In this document: positions 59,060 to 64,000 of the stretch, one piece after another
Position numbering within the stretch: the first letter of the stretch is position 1
How the letters are laid out: each line of letters starts with the position of its first letter
NCBI GenBank assembly: GCA_038733315.1
Contig: JAVYPJ010000002.1
Span: forward strand, 128,001 to 192,000
Origin: Candidatus Aenigmatarchaeota archaeon
GTDB lineage: Archaea; Aenigmatarchaeota; Aenigmatarchaeia; CG10238-14; SpSt-28
Length of the DNA: 64,000 bases
Reading direction: 5' to 3'
Position numbers and translations under genes: made by a program
The notes under the pieces: generated by a model
The model's database searches: none
What the model was told of the DNA's origin: nothing
What the model saw: the letters and a program-made list of their open reading frames with translations, nothing else

Positions 59060-59919
59060 AATACATAAATTTTTATTTTATTAAAATCTATTTTTTCTAT
59101 TACTAAAACATATTCTCCTTTAGAAATCACAAAATCGCCAATAATTTCTATATCTAAATAACTCAAAATTATTTTACCTATTTCTGATATAGAAGAATAA
59201 CAACAAAGATTATTTGGATAATAATCGCATATAGCTGCATGGGAATTCAAACCTTTATAAAAAGATGCTACACAAATTTCGTTATTGCTACATTTACTTT
59301 TCAAAGAACATGAAACTATTGGATATGAGCAAATTCTAAAAGAATATTTATTAAAACCTGCATGAGAGTTTTCATCTTTTAAAATTCTAAGAATTTCAGA
59401 TTCTTTTTCATAACAAGTTTCAGCCCTTATAATTTCTAAACCTTTACAACAAACTTTATAAGAATAATTTAAAGAATTACAATCCGCTATATGAGAATTG
59501 TTTAATTTATACATAGAAAAAACACATTCCTCACTTTCTAAACAATTGTTTTCTCTAATTTCACATTTTATACTAACATTTTTAAATATTAATGCTAAAT
59601 TTCCAAAAGATTTTACAATATCTTTAAGAAAATCAAAAGTCGAAATAGTTTCTAATTCGTAAAATATCTTACCATCTTTAACTAATAATCTTCCTTCTGG
59701 AATGTAAATTTTTACATTTGTTTTTGAGCCTATATCTAAGTTATTTATATATAAAATTGTGGCATCTAAAACTCTTAATTGTTCTATTACTTGTAAAAAA
59801 GTGCTACTTATTTTAGATTTTTCAGTAAATTCCTTAAAGGTAAAGGATAAAAAAGATATTAAAAATAGCGATAAAATTATATAAATAGAAAGAGATATTG
59901 TATTAGATATTAACCTCAT
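59056..59919 (-). CDS. Pilin-like protein with Cys-rich triple-repeat insert
   Basis: Likely start MRL/ISNTISLSIYIILS; three NSH(A/I) Cys repeats; paralogous ends with 59928-60392. Confidence 0.7.
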   Translation of the reverse strand: MRLISNTISLSIYIILSLFLISFLSFTFKEFTEKSKISSTFLQVIEQLRVLDATILYINNLDIGSKTNVKIYIPEGRLLVKDGKIFYELETISTFDFLKDIVKSFGNLALIFKNVSIKCEIRENNCLESEECVFSMYKLNNSHIADCNSLNYSYKVCCKGLEIIRAETCYEKESEILRILKDENSHAGFNKYSFRICSYPIVSCSLKSKCSNNEICVASFYKGLNSHAAICDYYPNNLCCYSSISEIGKIILSYLDIEIIGDFVISKGEYVLVIEKIDFNKIKIYVL

Positions 59920-59927
59920 AAAAAAAT

Positions 59928-60392
59928 TTAGCAAACATAAACTTTTATTCTTAGCTCAGCGTCTTTAAGAATACATATTCTATAAGTTCCGCTAGATAAA
60001 TAAATATCGCCAACAATATTTGCATATTCAAAATTTAAAGTTATAGAAAAAGTATTACCAATTTTTTCAATAAGCAAATTTCCATCCTTCTTAGTAAAAT
60101 CATCTAATGGAATATTTTCCGATTCAAGAGTAAAAACAATTGAATTATTATTAACATATAAAATGCCTTTATGAATTCTAATTTCTAAAACTCTCTGAGA
60201 TCCTATTGCTTCGCTTAAAACTTCTTTACTCATAGCTTCAATTTTTTTCATATTAGAAATAGCTTCTTGAATTGAAATGGAGTTTAAATTCTTATCTATT
60301 ATAGGATTTAAAAAAAGTAGAGCTACAGAAATGGCTACAATAGAAATAAAGAGAACTAAAATTTTTGAAATGAACTCAGATATTAACTTCAT
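59928..60392 (-). CDS. Pilin-like protein
   Basis: MKL/ISEFISKILVLFISIVAISV..LNPII; GSQR..I..G. Confidence 0.72.
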   Translation of the reverse strand: MKLISEFISKILVLFISIVAISVALLFLNPIIDKNLNSISIQEAISNMKKIEAMSKEVLSEAIGSQRVLEIRIHKGILYVNNNSIVFTLESENIPLDDFTKKDGNLLIEKIGNTFSITLNFEYANIVGDIYLSSGTYRICILKDAELRIKVYVC

Positions 60393-60407
60393 AATATAAA
60401 ATCATCT

Positions 60408-60968
60408 TTAGCTTTTCAATATCAAAGATTTAACTATTTTTATATCATCTTTATAGCCCATAGAAATTAAAAAATTGCAATTTGATTCGCAATATACTTT
60501 AAAAAAAGAAGAATTAAAAATAGCTATGTTTATTAGTTGAGAGTTTTCAAAACTAATATTTATATTTTTTAAACTTTTTGGCTCTAAATTAAAAGCTAAG
60601 GAATCTATATCTGAAGATATATTTAAAAAATATTCTCTTTCTGCAAAAAGATAAATTTCACAATTAACTCTTTTCTGAGAAAAATCTAAGCTAATATTTA
60701 AAAATAAAACCTCTATAATAAAATTTCTTTTTTTAGAAACGTTAATAAAAAATTCTGAAAAATTAAAAAACTCTGAATTTTTTTTGTTCTCTAAAAGAAA
60801 TTTTGCCTCTGTTAAATAATTATCGATAGCCCTTAAAACTATTGAATTGCTTAGATAGTTAGTTTTTTTACTCAAATATCCGAAATAGAAAAGATTAACG
60901 CTAAAAATTAATAAAAATATTGCTGTTGCAACTATAAAAAATTGTAGCTTAAGCTTTTTTCCAAACAT
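60408..60968 (-). CDS. Pilin-like protein
   Basis: KKLKL/QFFIVATAIFLL, class III-like N-terminus. Confidence 0.65.
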   Translation of the reverse strand: MFGKKLKLQFFIVATAIFLLIFSVNLFYFGYLSKKTNYLSNSIVLRAIDNYLTEAKFLLENKKNSEFFNFSEFFINVSKKRNFIIEVLFLNISLDFSQKRVNCEIYLFAEREYFLNISSDIDSLAFNLEPKSLKNINISFENSQLINIAIFNSSFFKVYCESNCNFLISMGYKDDIKIVKSLILKS

Positions 60969-61338
60969 AAATTATTAACTCTATATTTTCGTAGTTAGTG
61001 AAGTTAGAGGAAAAAAAATAACTTATAGAAAAAACGTTACTTTCATTAAACTCTATATTCTTAAAGCATTCATTATAATTCTTTTCATAACAAATCAAAA
61101 CTTTAAAATCATATATTTTTGGAAGCTCTTTTCTAAAAATGTTTTCTATTTCATTTGCTTTTCCTAAAAACGCATAATTTCTTATCTCAAGATTATAAGA
61201 ATTTAAAATGTTATATATCGCAACCTTTATAGCTTCGGTATCTTCTAAATACAAAGAAGAAGAATACAGTATTAAAACGAAAGATAATAAAATAATAGAG
61301 GAAATTGCTAATTCTAAAAACTTTTCCATTTTATTCAA
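60949..61338 (-). CDS. Pilin-like protein
   Basis: KFLELAISSIILL N-helix; LP..YDF; C-terminal IYVW. Confidence 0.6.
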   Translation of the reverse strand: MNKMEKFLELAISSIILLSFVLILYSSSLYLEDTEAIKVAIYNILNSYNLEIRNYAFLGKANEIENIFRKELPKIYDFKVLICYEKNYNECFKNIEFNESNVFSISYFFSSNFTNYENIELIIYVWKKA

Positions 61339-62050
61339 AAATCCTAAGAACGATATTTAACTTTTTTCCATTTATCGATAAAATAGGCATACTAAAGGAA
61401 AAAATATTACCAGCTTTGCTTTTCTTACAACTCATAATTATATTTTCATTCTCAAAAACTTCTACCTCGACCTCTTCTTTATTTTTACAATATTCATTTA
61501 CAATACTTTCAAAAGCGTATAAATCTATACCTTTTAAAGTAATAGTACCGATATATTCATAGCTTGCATTTTTATAATTCTCTTCAAACTCATAAAACAC
61601 TTGATTTCCATAGCTAGATGACATAAAAACATATAAAATTTCTTTACCGAAAAAATCTTGTAAAAAAACAGATATATTAGCTCTGTATAAGCTGTTATCG
61701 TTACAAACATCATAATCTTTTATTTTAAACGCTAATTCAGAAAAACTAGAATTATAAATTCTTATTGACGTTACATTTATTTTCTTTTCACAACTAACGC
61801 TTAAATTTATATAAATAGTTTGATTGCCATTTTCGATAGCATTAATTTCAAAGATATTAATAAACAAATCCTTATAAACGCTTGGATTAGAATATATTAG
61901 CCTATCAAAATAAGAAAGCAAAAGCTCTCTATAAAAAATTTCTGAATTTATATTTCTATACTCTTGAAACCTATAATTCAAAAATAGAAAGCTCATTATT
62001 ACTAACACTAAAAATATTGCTGACGATACAATCATTTCCAAATAACTCAT
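61331..62050 (-). CDS. Pilin-like protein
   Basis: MSYLEMIVSSAIFLVLV N-helix with Glu. Confidence 0.6.
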   Translation of the reverse strand: MSYLEMIVSSAIFLVLVIMSFLFLNYRFQEYRNINSEIFYRELLLSYFDRLIYSNPSVYKDLFINIFEINAIENGNQTIYINLSVSCEKKINVTSIRIYNSSFSELAFKIKDYDVCNDNSLYRANISVFLQDFFGKEILYVFMSSSYGNQVFYEFEENYKNASYEYIGTITLKGIDLYAFESIVNEYCKNKEEVEVEVFENENIIMSCKKSKAGNIFSFSMPILSINGKKLNIVLRIFE

Positions 62051-62084
62051 AAAATATTATAATACTTTTGAACAAATCTTCTGC

Positions 62085-62170
62085 TGCGGGGGGTGGGATT
62101 TGAACCCACGAAGGCACTAAGCCACTGGGACCTCAACCCAGCGCCCTTGACCAGGCTAGGCGACCCCCGC
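62085..62170 (-). tRNA. tRNA-Leu(GAG)
   Basis: Cloverleaf; CTGGG-TTGAGGT-CCCAG; long variable arm. Confidence 0.95.
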
Positions 62171-62214
62171 ATAATTGCATAATTTATCATAAAAAATCAA
62201 TTCTAGAAAAAAAT

Positions 62215-63770
62215 TAAAACATCTGATGGCATTTGAAAAGCTGCAATGGTAATTCTGGTTATTAAGTGATCCAGCCGCACGTTCCCGCACGGCTACCTTG
62301 TGACGACTTCGCCCCCCTCGCGGAGCCCCTGTTCGAGCCTTTAGACCCTCACAGGAACTCCACTCGGTTGGCGTGACGGGCAGTGTGAGCAAGGGGCAGG
62401 GACGTATTCGGCGAGGTTTGCTAAACCCCGCCTACTAGGGATTTCGGCTTCACGAGGGCGAGTTACAGCCCTCGATCTGAACTAGGGGCGCTTTTAGGGG
62501 ATTTGCTTCGCCTTTCGGCGTCGCATCCCTTTGTAGCGCCCATTGTGTTGCGCGTGTAGCCCTGGGGATTCGGGGCATACGGACTTACCGTCGCCCGTAC
62601 CTTCCTCCCGCTTGTCGCGGGCAGTCCCCCATGAGTGCCCCACAGCCGAAGCTGCGGGTAGCAACATGGGGCACGGGTCTCGCTCGTTAGCCAACTTGAT
62701 GGCACGCCTCACGGTACGAGCTGACGGTAGCCATGCACCACCTCTCGGCTCGTCTGGTAAGGTCTTTAGCCTGACCTTCATGCTGCCGTCTCCCCAGGTA
62801 AGATTCCCGGTGTCGAGTCCAATTGAACCGCACAACCCACCCCTTGTGTGCCCCCCCGCCAATACCCTTAAGTTTCACCCTTTCGGGCGTACTCCCCAGG
62901 CGGCCCACTTAACGGCTTCCCTTCGCCACCGAAGTGGCTCTAAGCCACTCCGATAGCTAGCGGGCAACGTTTACAGCTGGGACTACAGGGGTATCTAATC
63001 CCTTTCGCTCCCCCAGCTTTCGCCCCTCACCGTCAGGCCCGTTCCAGCCGGCCGCCTTCGCCACTGGTAGTCCTCCCAGGATTAAAGGATTTCACCCCTA
63101 CCCTGGGAGTACTGCCGGCCTCTCCCGGCCTCAAGGCTAGCAGTATCTCCCGCAGTCCCATAGTCTACTATGGGATTTAACGGGAGACTTACTAGCCCGG
63201 CTACGGGCGCTTTAGGCCCAATAATCGCGGGGTCGACTTGGGGCGCCGGTATTACCGTGGCGGCTGCCACCGGTCTTGCCCACCCCTTATTCGCCCAGCT
63301 TTCTATCACTGGGCAAAAGCCCTGGCAAAGCCAGGGCACTCCGGGTCACCTCCTCGTGCGTTAGCACATTGGGAAGGTTTCGCGCCTGCTGCGACCCGTA
63401 GGCCCTGGGTTCATGTCTCAGAACCCATCTGGAGGCTTCCGCTTTCACGGCCCCTACCCGTCTTAGGCTTGGGGGTCCTTTACACCCCCAACAACCTGAT
63501 AGGACCACCTCCCATCCTACGGCACTAATAGCTAATAGCTATTAGCTTTCGGAGAGGGTCCTTCCAGAATCCCTCCCCTATGGGGTATTAGCCCCAGTTT
63601 CCCGGGATTATCCCCCACCGTAGGGTAGGTTGAGGTGGTATTACTCAGCAGTGCGCCGAGGGCTTACCCCTCACGACTCGCATGGCTTAGCCTGACCCGG
63701 ATAGCCGCCCCCTCTGGCGGGTTCAGCCAGAATTACCATTGCAACTTATTTTCTGCCATCAGATGTTTTA
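62215..63770 (-). other. Pre-16S processing stem with bulge-helix-bulge motif (arms 63725-63770 and 62215-62260)
   Basis: 17-bp outer helix, GAAA/UUUC 4-bp helix, AUA and AAA 3-nt bulges, 20-bp inner helix. Confidence 0.88.
62261..63733 (-). rRNA. rrs: 16S rRNA (archaeal, DPANN-like; unlinked from 23S; 3' end approximate)
   Basis: 5' AUUCUGGCUGAACCCGCC; GGAUUAGAUACCC; AAACUUAAGGGUAUUGGCGG; 3' GGCUGGAUCAC. Confidence 0.97.
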
Positions 63771-63904
63771 CACATCTGATGAGCTATACGCTTGCTTGAT
63801 ATTGTTTTTCATTTTCATTGAGCGTATGCTCTCTCAAAACAACGACACAGCAAGCTCTATAATAAAATATTTTAAAACATATATTTAAAAATAAATATTT
63901 TAAA

Positions 63905-64000
63905 TTAAAAATCAAAAACTTCCATCGCTGCTTGTATTTCGTATGGACTAGTTTTGGAACCTAACAACATTCCACTAGAATTAGCTACGATTCCAACAGA
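63905..64000 (-). CDS. eif6: Translation initiation factor 6 (aIF6), C-terminal fragment
   Basis: Hand-translated SVGIVANSSGMLLGSKTSPYEIQAAMEVFDF* matches the IF6 C-terminal repeat pattern (G.VANS.G...G..T...E). Confidence 0.7.
   Translation of the reverse strand, partial: SVGIVANSSGMLLGSKTSPYEIQAAMEVFDF

Noticed and set aside
1557..61562. Many short antisense ORFs (e.g. 3380, 6480, 13748, 32421, 35404, 36000, 38738)
   Set aside because: Shadows of well-supported genes on the opposite strand; Phe/Ser/Ile-rich with no motifs
62156..63528. GC-rich ORFs in the ORF track
   Set aside because: They overlap the 16S rRNA/tRNA and are spurious

Overview
Gene-dense, very AT-rich chromosome segment of an archaeon with GC-rich tRNAs/16S (suggesting a thermophile). 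Gene content, scattered ribosomal-protein genes, an unlinked 16S and the surface-protein types point to a DPANN lineage, most likely Aenigmarchaeota-like (inference). 1-40.9 kb is mostly housekeeping (SepF, PepA, PINA, GDH, NrdJ, IscS/IscU, AlaRS, DHS, r-proteins, intein-containing EF-2, aRF1, MCM, TBP, RNase HII, Rpo4, ScpB, AspRS, 4 tRNAs). 40.9-46.5 kb is a signalling cluster: two V4R proteins, Roadblock/MglB, a KaiC-like::MglA-type GTPase fusion and three more KaiC-like domains. 46.5-52 kb holds three tandem COG1373 (AAA_14-DUF4143) genes with near-identical 3' ends and palindromic upstream sites, plus a frameshifted Zn-ribbon/HTH/PD-(D/E)XK gene. 52-62 kb is a surface/pilus locus: a nested DUF2341 giant protein, a tail-fibre-like adhesin and six pilin-like genes with non-canonical cleavage sites. 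The window ends with tRNA-Leu and a 16S gene that has a BHB processing stem and no anti-Shine-Dalgarno tail. Best candidates for new biology: the KaiC-GTPase/Roadblock/V4R module, an aRF1 with GGWSQ instead of GGQ alongside a divergent ribosome, the COG1373 array, and pilins with Leu/Ile at -1. All family assignments come from motif recognition; no database searches were run.
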